From an uncultured Pseudomonadales bacterium (lineage in GTDB: Bacteria; Patescibacteriota; Microgenomatia; UBA1400; PJMF01), in the NCBI GenBank assembly GCA_964633875.1, contig CAZWKL010000001.1, positions 117,530 to 181,529 on the forward strand: 64,000 nt of DNA. Direction: 5' to 3'. Of this stretch, positions 1 to 8,940 are shown piece by piece. The notes below the pieces were generated by a model. That model did no database searches, was not told the origin of the DNA, and saw only the letters and a program-made list of their open reading frames with translations. How positions within the stretch are numbered: the stretch's first letter is position 1; each line of letters begins with the position of its first letter. Made by a program: the position numbers and the translations under genes.

Positions 1-59
1 GCTCCGCTCAACGCCACTACCGCATACTTAATTTTTGGCGAAAACCACATAAAAATCCT

Positions 60-1463
60 TTATTTACGTCTTACTTCGTAATTGGTCAAATATTTAATAA
101 ACACTGCCGGTGCATCTTCCAAGAAAAACTGCTGGAACTCTTCATAAATTTCCGTTCGCTCCTGCTGGTTAAAATTCTGCCGCCCTTGCTCCAGCAAATT
201 ATCAATCCGGGTGTTTTTGTAACCGGTAAAGTTGGTACTTTGCTCAGAGTGCCACAGGTGATACTGATCAGGATCCGAAGGCGACTCTTGCCCGACTAAC
301 AGCACCTGAAAATTGCTGGTATCCGGGAAGTTAGAAATTCTGATTTTCACATTGATTTTGGCGTTTTCGCAGGTAGATTTATCATCAACTGCGCTGCTGG
401 TTTGGCAATCCTGATAGGCTTTCTCGCCAAAAGTTTCCCACTGATTCTTGATTTCTTCCGCTTCTTTTTGGAAAAGAGCAGTAGTGGTGAGCTCAAAACC
501 GAGTGGCTCGGGTGGAATTTCAGCCAACAATCTTTCCACCCCTCTTTCCCAATCTTTTTCGTAGGTTTTAGCACCCTCCAAGTACGCCCAGGATTTAGGA
601 TTGATTGGCCCGTAAGCCCGCACTTCTTCAGGGGCTTTATCCAGAGCATAAGAAAGCGCTTGCCTGACATTTTTGTTGAAAAGCGGAGTGCGAATATTGA
701 AAAAAACAGCCAAGTACCGGTTAGTGGCCACTGTTTCAGTCACCTGAGTAGTGGGCCAGTCCATAATATCGTAATGTCCGGCTAGTTCAGGCAAAATATC
801 TACCTCGCCTTTTTTGAAAGCGGTGACAGCGTCTTGTTCTGTTAAGTAAAACTTATAAACAAACCGCTCGCTGTTGCCATCAATGGTAATTTTTGAGAGA
901 TGTTGGCCGCGAAGTTCATAATCCGTGATCCGGTACTCGCCAATCCCTACCAAACTGGGGCGGTCCATAAAGAAGTAATGACTCATTCGGCCGGACTTAA
1001 AAAGCGGCTGCGACACCACTCCAGGAAAAGGCGCGTAAGCATCAGGCAATTTAAAAACAATGTCGTTGGGGGTAATAATGGTTTCTACTTCGCTCAAGTT
1101 GAAATTAATATCTTCAGGTCTTAAGGGTGTGCCATCTTGCCAATAAATATTGTCTTTGAGTACAAACCGGTAGGTTTTGCCGTCCTGCTCAATGGTCCAG
1201 CGCTCGGCCAGTAGTGGCTCTACCGAGCCGTCTTCTTTAATTTGCGTCAGACCGGCACTGAGTTGATGGGTAATGACATCGGGCAAGTTAACAAAAGTGT
1301 ACTCACCAATCAAACCAATATACTGGCGATTGCTTTTTTCCATACTGCTGGCCACTCGAGGCACAATAAAAGAAAAAATCAAGATGGCGCCCAAGACCGA
1401 AAGAAAAAAGGTGATGCCATATTTTTTGGTGTAGGCAGTTAAGTACCAGTAAAACTTGCGCAT
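60..1463 (-). CDS. Membrane-anchored ABC-transporter substrate-binding protein, family 5 (Opp/Dpp peptide/nickel-binding-like)
   Basis: 467 aa with an N-terminal hydrophobic anchor. Overall length and composition resemble SBP_bac_5 proteins. No permease or ATPase partner is adjacent. Confidence 0.5.
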   Translation of the reverse strand: MRKFYWYLTAYTKKYGITFFLSVLGAILIFSFIVPRVASSMEKSNRQYIGLIGEYTFVNLPDVITHQLSAGLTQIKEDGSVEPLLAERWTIEQDGKTYRFVLKDNIYWQDGTPLRPEDINFNLSEVETIITPNDIVFKLPDAYAPFPGVVSQPLFKSGRMSHYFFMDRPSLVGIGEYRITDYELRGQHLSKITIDGNSERFVYKFYLTEQDAVTAFKKGEVDILPELAGHYDIMDWPTTQVTETVATNRYLAVFFNIRTPLFNKNVRQALSYALDKAPEEVRAYGPINPKSWAYLEGAKTYEKDWERGVERLLAEIPPEPLGFELTTTALFQKEAEEIKNQWETFGEKAYQDCQTSSAVDDKSTCENAKINVKIRISNFPDTSNFQVLLVGQESPSDPDQYHLWHSEQSTNFTGYKNTRIDNLLEQGRQNFNQQERTEIYEEFQQFFLEDAPAVFIKYLTNYEVRRK

Positions 1464-1474
1464 AATTATTCAAG

Positions 1475-1693
1475 CTATTGTGCGATCAGAATGCCGATTG
1501 AAGCGATGGTGAAAAGCACAACCAACCCAATTGTCGCATAAAAGAGCACTTTTTCCAGGCCCCTCTTGGTGTGATAGGTTTCGCCACCACCACCCCAAGC
1601 CGAACCTAGTCCTGTTCCTTGAGCTTGCAGCAGAATGGTCACCACAAGCAACAATGAAACGATGATTTGCAAGATAAGCCAAAAAGTTTGCAT
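1475..1693 (-). CDS. secG: Preprotein translocase subunit SecG
   Basis: 72 aa with two TM segments flanking the Gly-rich LLQAQGTGLGSAWGGGG motif typical of SecG. The overlapping ORF 1470..1682 was rejected. Confidence 0.8.
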   Translation of the reverse strand: MQTFWLILQIIVSLLLVVTILLQAQGTGLGSAWGGGGETYHTKRGLEKVLFYATIGLVVLFTIASIGILIAQ

Positions 1694-1711
1694 ATTTTTT
1701 TATTCTACCAC

Positions 1712-3313
1712 TTATTTTGCTACTTCCTGATGTCTGGTTTCGCGGATAACAGTGACGGTGACCGTGCCAGGATAAGTGACTTTGTTTTTAATCTCGTCAC
1801 GGATTTTCATGCTCAGCACTTTCACGTCGGCGTCTTTGGAACCTTCTGGCTCAAGCAACACCCGCACTTCGCGGCCGGCCTGAATAGCGTAGGCCTGCTT
1901 AACTGAATCATGAGCGGTGGCAATTTCTTCCAACTGTTCCAGACGCTCTACGTACTCTTCGTAGTTTTCGTAGCGAGCGCCCGGTCTGGCTCCGGAAATA
2001 GCGTCGGCGATATAAACCACCATTTGCTCTGGTCCGGTAAATGGCTCGTCTTCGTGGTGTTGGGCGATGGCATCAATTACCGGCTGGGGCAGGTTGTAGC
2101 GCTTGGCTATTTTTACCCCCAGCTCAACGTGGCTGCCTTCTTCCTCGTCGGAAACTTTACCGATATCATGCAGCAAACAACCCAGTTTGACGGTGTTCAC
2201 ATCTATACCAAGTTCATGCGCCAGCTTAATGCCGATTTTAGTCTCTTCCAAGGTGTGGGCGATGAGATTTTGACCGTAGGAGAACCGGTACTTGAACTTG
2301 CCCAGCATCTTAACCAGATCTTTGGGCAAGTTGTAAACATTGACCTCGTGGCAGAGTTTTTTGCCGGCCTCAAAAGTAAGTTTATCAATTTCTTTCTCGA
2401 CCTTATCCACCACCTCTTCGATCCTTGAAGGCTGAATTCTGCCGTCTTTGATTAACCGTTCCAAAGAAATTCGGGCAATTTCACGCCGGACCGGGTCAAA
2501 ACAAGAAAGCCTCACTTCGGTGGGGGACATATCCAGATCCACATCCACCCCAGTGCGTCTTTCAAAAGCATTGATATTACGCCCGCTTTTACCAATAATC
2601 TTGCCTTTGGCATCTTCTGAAGGCAGTTGAACGACGGACACGGTGTATTCCGGCACGTAGTCGGTGGCGCCGTGCTTCATGGCGTCGATCAGGATTTCCT
2701 TGACCCGCTCGTCGGCTTCAGATTCGGCCTCTTCTTCTTTTTGACGGATGAACTGAGCCATTTCTTTGGCCAGTTTTTTCTCCAGATTTTCGAAAAGAGC
2801 TTCTTTGGCCTCTTCTTTGGTAAGTTCGGCCACTTTTTCCAGGCGTTCAATTACATCCTGTCTGCGCTTAGCCAGATCAGCCTTAAGTTTTTCCACCTCT
2901 TTTCTGTCAGTTTCCAACTGGCTTTCCTTGCGGTCCATTTGGCTGAGGCGGTCATCAATTCTGTCCAATTTTTCGTTGAGGTTGCGCTGTTGTTCTTCCA
3001 ATTGCTTGGCCAACTCGCGGCTTTCGTTTTCCGCTTTACTGCGAATGGAAAGGGCTTCCGACTTTGCCTCCACCAAAACCTCTCGGGCTTTGGCCTCGGC
3101 ATCACGAACAATCTCGCGGCTTTTCTGCAACTCTTCATTAGTGGGTTGGAGCTGAGCGGGTTGGTTGCTTGGTTGAGTCGAAGCAGCTTTTTTTGCTGGT
3201 CGTTGTTTGACCCGAAAGCCCGCGTTGGCAGGCGATTTTATTTTTTGACTTTTTTGCTTGGATGACTCTTCTTGAGTGCCAAAAAGTGTAGATAGATTTC
3301 CAAAGAATGACAT
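1712..3313 (-). CDS. rny: Ribonuclease Y
   Basis: Coiled-coil N-terminal half, a KH domain (GKIIGKSGRNI), and an HD domain (LLHDIGK...). The reverse complement of the plus-strand sequence reads aggagaaatATG, a good SD before the start codon. The N-terminus lacks the usual TM helix. Confidence 0.9.
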   Translation of the reverse strand: MSFFGNLSTLFGTQEESSKQKSQKIKSPANAGFRVKQRPAKKAASTQPSNQPAQLQPTNEELQKSREIVRDAEAKAREVLVEAKSEALSIRSKAENESRELAKQLEEQQRNLNEKLDRIDDRLSQMDRKESQLETDRKEVEKLKADLAKRRQDVIERLEKVAELTKEEAKEALFENLEKKLAKEMAQFIRQKEEEAESEADERVKEILIDAMKHGATDYVPEYTVSVVQLPSEDAKGKIIGKSGRNINAFERRTGVDVDLDMSPTEVRLSCFDPVRREIARISLERLIKDGRIQPSRIEEVVDKVEKEIDKLTFEAGKKLCHEVNVYNLPKDLVKMLGKFKYRFSYGQNLIAHTLEETKIGIKLAHELGIDVNTVKLGCLLHDIGKVSDEEEGSHVELGVKIAKRYNLPQPVIDAIAQHHEDEPFTGPEQMVVYIADAISGARPGARYENYEEYVERLEQLEEIATAHDSVKQAYAIQAGREVRVLLEPEGSKDADVKVLSMKIRDEIKNKVTYPGTVTVTVIRETRHQEVAK

Positions 3314-3620
3314 ATTTCTCCTTTATATTGCATAGTACAGATTCATAGCTAACAATGCTGTGATGGAGAAAGTAAGGCTAGAAAAGAAGACGTACGGCAC
3401 TTGTGGCCGTTTTATAGGTCTATATCAGGCAAATTAAGAACTTGTGTAGGCTTAATCTATAAATATGCATGTTATCGCTAATTAGTCTTGCTTGTATTAC
3501 CAATTACTTTCTAAAATCCTGCCAGGTTTGGCCTGGTAAGAATGTGCTCAATCACAGCACATATTACATTGCATTGTACTCTTTTAAGAGCAAATTTGCA
3601 ACGTATTTTGTGCTATAAGG

Positions 3621-4682
3621 CTAATTTGCCTTATCTTTGGCTTGGTTCTTTTTTGTTTCTTTGGCTTTACCACTGACGGCAGCGCGGATTTGCTGATCAA
3701 CTTTTTTCATGAATTCAGGATTTTCTGCCAAGTATGTTTTAGCGGCTTCTCGGCCCTGTGCCAAGACTTCACTCTCATACTTGTAGAAACTGCCCGCTTT
3801 TTCAATGATCCCAAGCTGGGAGCCGAGGTCAATGATGTCTCCGGTGAGAGAAATGCCGTTTTCATCCATGTCGAACTCAGCTTCTTTGAACGGAGGGGCA
3901 ATTTTGTTTTTCTTAACTTTGACTCGATGCCGGCTGCCCACCACTTGGTCACCTTCTTGAATATTACCAATTTTTCTAATATCCAGTCTTTGAGAAGCGT
4001 AGAACTTCAGGGCATTGCCGCCGGTGGTAGTTTCCGGACTGCCGAACATAACGCCAATTTTATGACGAATTTGATTGGTGAAGATCACCAGCGTGTTGGT
4101 TTTGCCAATAGTGCCGGTGAGTTTTCTCATGGCTTGAGACATCAGGCGGGCTTGCATGCCCATGGGTGCATCGCCCATTTCACCTTCAATCTCGGCTTTA
4201 GGGACCAGGGCTGCCACTGAGTCGATTACTACCAAGCTAACCCCGCCAGAGCGAATCAGAGTTTCCGTAATTTCCAGAGCCTGTTCGCCGTAATCCGGCT
4301 GGGAAATCAGCAGTTCGTCAAGATTGACCCCAATGGCTTTCGCCCGGGCCGGATCTAGAGCGTGTTCAACATCCACGAAAGCAGCCACGCCGCCTTCTTT
4401 TTGCACATTGGCAATCGCGTGCAGACAGAGAGTGGTTTTGCCGGAAGCTTCCGGACCATATATCTCCACAATTCTGCCTTTGGGATAGCCGCCGATGCCT
4501 AGAGCAATATCCAGCGTCAAGGAGCCGCTGGAAATTGACGGAACTTTAGGAGCGCTCTTCATGGATTCTCCTAATTTCATAATCGAGCCTTCACCGAATT
4601 CTTTTTCAATTTGCTGCATAGCTATATTGACTGCTTGCAGTTTACCAGTTGCTGCTGTAGGTGCGGTGGGTTTCTTGGCCAT
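3621..4682 (-). CDS. recA: Recombinase RecA
   Basis: Walker [10 protein letters not shown], conserved RecA core ([18 protein letters not shown]), 353 aa. Confidence 0.95.
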   Translation of the reverse strand: MAKKPTAPTAATGKLQAVNIAMQQIEKEFGEGSIMKLGESMKSAPKVPSISSGSLTLDIALGIGGYPKGRIVEIYGPEASGKTTLCLHAIANVQKEGGVAAFVDVEHALDPARAKAIGVNLDELLISQPDYGEQALEITETLIRSGGVSLVVIDSVAALVPKAEIEGEMGDAPMGMQARLMSQAMRKLTGTIGKTNTLVIFTNQIRHKIGVMFGSPETTTGGNALKFYASQRLDIRKIGNIQEGDQVVGSRHRVKVKKNKIAPPFKEAEFDMDENGISLTGDIIDLGSQLGIIEKAGSFYKYESEVLAQGREAAKTYLAENPEFMKKVDQQIRAAVSGKAKETKKNQAKDKAN

Positions 4683-4751
4683 AAATCTCCTTATGCTTGT
4701 TTTGGGTTTATTTAGTATTACTATACTAACTAAACCATATTTATTAAATAA

Positions 4752-4777
4752 TTGCTACTGATATTTGTGTGTATAAT
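4752..4777 (+). promoter_or_regulatory. Candidate sigma70-like promoter (TTGCTA -35, 14-nt spacer, TATAAT -10) upstream of tRNA-Pro
   Basis: -35-like ttgcta at 4752-4757 and an exact tataat at 4772-4777, about 60 nt upstream of the tRNA. The spacer is shorter than optimal. Confidence 0.3.
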
Positions 4778-4838
4778 ATGTGCTTGAGCTTGCATCTAGT
4801 GTAGTAATTTGGTGAGAGTTGTGAGGTTTAACAAAAAA

Positions 4839-4912
4839 CGGGCTGTAGCTCAGATGGCTAGAGTGCGCGCCTGGGGGGCGCGAGGTCGCAGGTTCGAGCC
4901 CTGTCAGCCCGA
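4839..4912 (+). tRNA. tRNA-Pro (anticodon GGG)
   Basis: Manual cloverleaf fold. Acceptor CGGGCTG/CAGCCCG, D-stem GCTC/GAGT, anticodon stem CGCGC/GCGCG with loop CUGGGGG (anticodon GGG, G37), T-stem GCAGG/CCTGT, T-loop TTCGAGC. No CCA is encoded. Confidence 0.85.
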
Positions 4913-4940
4913 CAAAAGCTGGAGTTTTGTCAGGAGTACC

Positions 4941-5609
4941 ATGAAAACCATTATTTTCTCCGACACCCACCTCACCAGGAGGTTTAATTTGCGTAAGTTT
5001 ATGTTCTTGGCCAACTTGATCAAGGACGCTGATCGGGTAGTGATCAATGGCGATTTTTGGGACAATACTTACACGGATTTTGATGGCTTTATCAATTCTA
5101 AGTGGAAGCTACTCTTTCCTATTCTCAAGAGCAAGGAAACCATTTACCTGTATGGCAATCATGACCGGGACTGGCAGGTTGATGACCGAGCGCGCCTATT
5201 TTCAGATTATCAAGGTTATGAATATCAAATTAATAATGGTTATTATGAGTTGCTCATCACTCATGGTCATACCATTAGAGAAGGCCTGGAAAGACTCAAT
5301 AGGCTTTATGGCATCAGAAGATTTAAAAAACTCGGCCAATTTATTTTTGAAATAATTGAGTGGTTGGGAGTCAAATTGGTTCGCCGGTTTGGCAAAAACA
5401 TTTTCCCCCATCGCTTTTTAGATAATCGAGCCATTAAGGCTCACGCTATCACTTTACCTCCCGGACAATATTTGGTCTGCGGCCATACTCATTTGGCTTT
5501 TTTCAAGCCCGGAAATCAGTATATTAACACCGGGTCAATCAGGTTTGGTCACGCTCACTACCTTGAGTTAACTGGTAAAACTTTAAAACTCCATCGCTGG
5601 CGCTATTAA
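4941..5609 (+). CDS. Metallophosphoesterase (calcineurin-like phosphoesterase family)
   Basis: Motifs DTHL, GDFWD, GNHD and GHTH. The track ORF starts at 4809 inside the tRNA, so the start was moved to the ATG at 4941, which is preceded by aggag. Confidence 0.7.
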   Translation: MKTIIFSDTHLTRRFNLRKFMFLANLIKDADRVVINGDFWDNTYTDFDGFINSKWKLLFPILKSKETIYLYGNHDRDWQVDDRARLFSDYQGYEYQINNGYYELLITHGHTIREGLERLNRLYGIRRFKKLGQFIFEIIEWLGVKLVRRFGKNIFPHRFLDNRAIKAHAITLPPGQYLVCGHTHLAFFKPGNQYINTGSIRFGHAHYLELTGKTLKLHRWRY

Positions 5610-5629
5610 AAAAAGCGAGTAATTGCGTT

Positions 5630-5869
5630 ATGATAGCCATGACCAATATGGCAAAAATTCCTTTATCCAAATCTCCCCAGTCTCCGGATCGCAAACAGTT
5701 GTTGGAGGAACGACTGCGAAATTCAATTGAAGAACGGCGAAAACTGGTTGCCATGGAAAGCTCAGAAATGGAAACTGTTCAGCAGTACGCCAAGCGAAAG
5801 GGCGGTTTTGTGGCTCGCAGCATTAACAGATTACAGCAACTCCTCAAGGAAGATGAAACCCAGATATGA
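5630..5869 (+). CDS. Small hypothetical protein (79 aa)
   Basis: ORF overlaps the following helicase start by 4 nt (ATGA), suggesting translational coupling. Charged, helical composition. No recognisable domain. Confidence 0.3.
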   Translation: MIAMTNMAKIPLSKSPQSPDRKQLLEERLRNSIEERRKLVAMESSEMETVQQYAKRKGGFVARSINRLQQLLKEDETQI

Positions 5870-8800
5870 CTTTTGAGGCAGTTTACGCCCGGCTTAATCC
5901 AGAGCAAAAAAAAGCGGTTGATACCACCGAGGGCCCGGTGATGGTAGTAGCCGGTCCGGGCACGGGCAAAACCCAAGTTTTAGCCGCCCGCATCGCCAAT
6001 ATTCTTCGCCAAACCGACACCAAGCCTCACAACATTTTAGCCCTAACTTTCACTGAGTCGGCCGCCAAAAATATGCGCGAACGGGTGGTGCGGATGATCG
6101 GCAAAACTGGCTATTATGTTCAAATTAGCACTTTTCACTCTTTTTGCAGTGAGATTATTCGCTCCAATCCCGAGTTTTTTCCTATCGACAGAGGCAGCGA
6201 GCCGCTAAGTGATCTGGAACGCTACGATCTTTTTCAGTCAATTATCTATGATTTGGATTTGTTGGCAATCAAGCCGATGACGATGAAGCTTTACTACATT
6301 CGCGACATTATGAGAGGAGTTTCCGATCTTAAAAGAGAAGGTGTTTCTCCTGAAGAATTTGCCAAAATTGTCGCTAAGGAAGCAGCGGCATTTGAAAATG
6401 AGAAGCAGGAATTGAGTCAGGCCGTGGCTAAGCGCCGGGAAAGTAATTTGAAAAAGCAGCAAGAGCTGATCTTGGTTTATCAAGAGTATGAAAAACGTTT
6501 GCGAGCCAGGCTGCGGTATGACTTTGACGACATGATTATTCTGGTGGTTCAGGCGTTCAAAGAGCATGAGTTACTGTTGAGGGAGTATCAGGAAAAGCTG
6601 CATTATTTTTTGGTGGATGAGTATCAGGATACTAATAATGCGCAAAATATGGTGGTGGACTTGCTGGCGGGGTATTGGGGTGAGCAGGCCAATATTTTTG
6701 TGGTGGGTGATCCGCACCAGGCTATTTACCGGTTTCAAGGCGCTTCGGTAGAAAACATGTTGGGGTTTATTGATAAGTATGATGAGGCGCTGGTGGTGAC
6801 CCTGGCAACGGGGTACCGGTGTTTTGGTTCTGTTTATGATGCCGCCCACACCTCGATTACTCACAACGAACTCACCAGCGCCGAAGCTTTCAAGATTAAA
6901 CAACACCAACAAACCATGGAAGAAGCGCTCAACAAAAAGCTGCTTAGTCCCAAAGGCCAGGGAGAAAAAATTCGCGTTTTTGACGCGCCCTCACAAACGG
7001 TGGAGCTGATCTATGTGGCCGAGCAGATCCAAAAGCTCATTGCTGCTGGTGTGTCACCGGAAGAAATTGCCGTGCTTTTTCGTCATAATCGCGATGTAGT
7101 TGAGTTGCAAGAAATTCTGGAAAAATGGTTGATACCTTATGAAATCGATGGCGGCGCCAATATTTTGGAGGCCGAGGAGATCCGCCAACTGCTAGAGTTT
7201 TTTGCTGTCATTGATGGCATTGGTAAAAATGAAGATGAAAGCAATCTTTTTGAAGTGATGTGTTACGAGTGGCTCGGGTTGGACAAGTTGCTGGTAATGA
7301 AAATTGCCAGAGCCGCGGGCGCCGCCAAACTCAGCATTATCGACACCATTTTAGCCGGTTATGACCATTTTCAAGCCAAACTTGAAGCTAATGGTACTTC
7401 CAGGGAGGAATTTGCTCGCCTAGAGCTTTTCGTCGAGAAATTAATGCTTTGGGCTAGCCAAGACGCACAACTGGTTTTCCCCCAATGGTTTGAACTGATC
7501 ATCACTGAGAGTGGTTATCTGGACTGGATTTTGCAGCATGAAGCTAAAATTGAGTTGTTGACTAACCTGAACTCGCTTTATCGGGAAGTAAAATCTCTGG
7601 CTGGCAGCAGGCGGAGACTGCGGCTGCGGGATTTTTTGGAAACTGTCGAGATCATGTACGAACACAAGATTTCTCTTCAGGCAGAGGATTTGAACGTGAC
7701 TACCGGCGCGGTCCGGCTTTCCACCGTCCACAAAGCCAAAGGCCAGGAGTGGCAGCACGTGTTTGTTATTCACTGTCTTGATGGCAAGTGGGGCAATAAT
7801 CACCGGCGCGAACTTTTACCTTTGCCTGAGGGATTGATCAAAAATACTGATCTGTCTAAAAAAGAGTTGAATGAAGACGAGCGGCGGCTGTTTTATGTGG
7901 CTATCACTCGGTCTAAAGGCACGGTGCAACTGAGTTATCCACAGACGATTGTGGCCGGCAACAGCTCGAAGGAAGTGGTTGGCAGCATGTTTATTACGGA
8001 AATTGAGCCAGAGGTGGAACGAGTTCCTGAAACTGAAACCAAGCAGTTTTTTGCGTCAGCCCAGGAGAGCTTAGCCAAGCTGCTTTTACCGGCCGATGTT
8101 TCAAAAAGAAGTATTTCGGAAGAAGAATTTTTCAAAAAAATTGTCAGCACGATGCCGCTGTCTGTGACCGCTCTCAACACCTACCTGAAAGATCCCCAAG
8201 AATTTGTTAACAATGTGCTGCTGAGAGTGCCGAGAGCAAAGGCTACGCCTATGGCTTTTGGGACGGCCATTCATAAGGCTTTAGAAGAGTATTTCAAGCA
8301 CTTTCAACAACACAACTCACCTCTGGAATTAGAAAAACTGCAGGCGATTTTTACGGAGAGCTTGAGTAAAGAATTGATCAACCCCGAAGATTTTGTCCGC
8401 CGGCTTGAGTATGGGCACAAAATTTTGGCAGCCTACCATGAGCAGAACAATTTTGAAAATATCAAACCATTGTTTATTGAGCGATTTTTTGGTACCGGTT
8501 TTAGTAAAACCATGCTTGGTGATATCCGCTTAACCGGTCGGATAGACCGGGTGGATTGGATAGATACAGCCAGTAAAACCGTTAGAGTTATAGATTACAA
8601 AACCGGTGTGCCCAAAACTATTGGGTTTATTGAAGGTAAGACTAAATCGGTTAAGCTTTCCGAGCGCGAACAACTCCTTCCTGACAGCATTAAGGGGCCA
8701 TACAAACGTCAGCTTTTATTTTACAAACTATTGACAGATTTGGATCCCACTTTTATTCCCACCGTTACTGAAGGGGTTTTTGATTTTGTGGAGCCGGACA

Positions 8801-8928
8801 AAAATTCCGGCAAGCTGGTTCGGCGGCAGTTCACTCTCCACCTCAGCGATGTCAAGGATCTCAAGGAGCTGATTTACACGGTGATGAGCGAAATTAGGAG
8901 TCTCAAGTTTTTGGAAAATCTTACTTAA
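5866..8928 (+). CDS. UvrD/PcrA-family ATP-dependent DNA helicase fused to a C-terminal PD-(D/E)XK (RecB/AddA-type) nuclease domain
   Basis: Walker A GPGTGKT, UvrD motifs (DEYQDTN, TVHKAKGQEW). The C-terminus has GRIDRVDWID...IDYKTG, typical of the RecB-family nuclease. 1020 aa. Confidence 0.85.
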   Translation: MTFEAVYARLNPEQKKAVDTTEGPVMVVAGPGTGKTQVLAARIANILRQTDTKPHNILALTFTESAAKNMRERVVRMIGKTGYYVQISTFHSFCSEIIRSNPEFFPIDRGSEPLSDLERYDLFQSIIYDLDLLAIKPMTMKLYYIRDIMRGVSDLKREGVSPEEFAKIVAKEAAAFENEKQELSQAVAKRRESNLKKQQELILVYQEYEKRLRARLRYDFDDMIILVVQAFKEHELLLREYQEKLHYFLVDEYQDTNNAQNMVVDLLAGYWGEQANIFVVGDPHQAIYRFQGASVENMLGFIDKYDEALVVTLATGYRCFGSVYDAAHTSITHNELTSAEAFKIKQHQQTMEEALNKKLLSPKGQGEKIRVFDAPSQTVELIYVAEQIQKLIAAGVSPEEIAVLFRHNRDVVELQEILEKWLIPYEIDGGANILEAEEIRQLLEFFAVIDGIGKNEDESNLFEVMCYEWLGLDKLLVMKIARAAGAAKLSIIDTILAGYDHFQAKLEANGTSREEFARLELFVEKLMLWASQDAQLVFPQWFELIITESGYLDWILQHEAKIELLTNLNSLYREVKSLAGSRRRLRLRDFLETVEIMYEHKISLQAEDLNVTTGAVRLSTVHKAKGQEWQHVFVIHCLDGKWGNNHRRELLPLPEGLIKNTDLSKKELNEDERRLFYVAITRSKGTVQLSYPQTIVAGNSSKEVVGSMFITEIEPEVERVPETETKQFFASAQESLAKLLLPADVSKRSISEEEFFKKIVSTMPLSVTALNTYLKDPQEFVNNVLLRVPRAKATPMAFGTAIHKALEEYFKHFQQHNSPLELEKLQAIFTESLSKELINPEDFVRRLEYGHKILAAYHEQNNFENIKPLFIERFFGTGFSKTMLGDIRLTGRIDRVDWIDTASKTVRVIDYKTGVPKTIGFIEGKTKSVKLSEREQLLPDSIKGPYKRQLLFYKLLTDLDPTFIPTVTEGVFDFVEPDKNSGKLVRRQFTLHLSDVKDLKELIYTVMSEIRSLKFLENLT

Positions 8929-8940
8929 ATTAATGAGTTT

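Noticed and set aside
2627-3265. 212-aa and 129-aa plus-strand ORFs (2627..3265, 2766..3155) and a 95-aa minus ORF inside rny
   Set aside because: They lie antisense to or nested in the well-supported RNase Y gene. They have low-complexity F/L/S-rich translations typical of antisense frames of a coiled-coil (Glu/Lys-rich) gene.
3642-4220. 192-aa plus-strand ORF antisense to recA
   Set aside because: Entirely within the high-confidence recA CDS on the opposite strand, with no domain features.
4683-4838. SOS/LexA box upstream of recA
   Set aside because: I scanned the recA upstream region for Cheo-box (GAAC-N4-GTTC) or CTGT-N8-ACAG palindromes and found none, consistent with absence of a LexA regulon. 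I cannot exclude a divergent operator.
4809-4940. 5' extension of the metallophosphoesterase ORF as given in the track
   Set aside because: The extension runs through tRNA-Pro (4839-4912). The translation of that part (RVRAWGARGRRFEPCQ) is the tRNA read as protein. The real start is the SD-preceded ATG at 4941.
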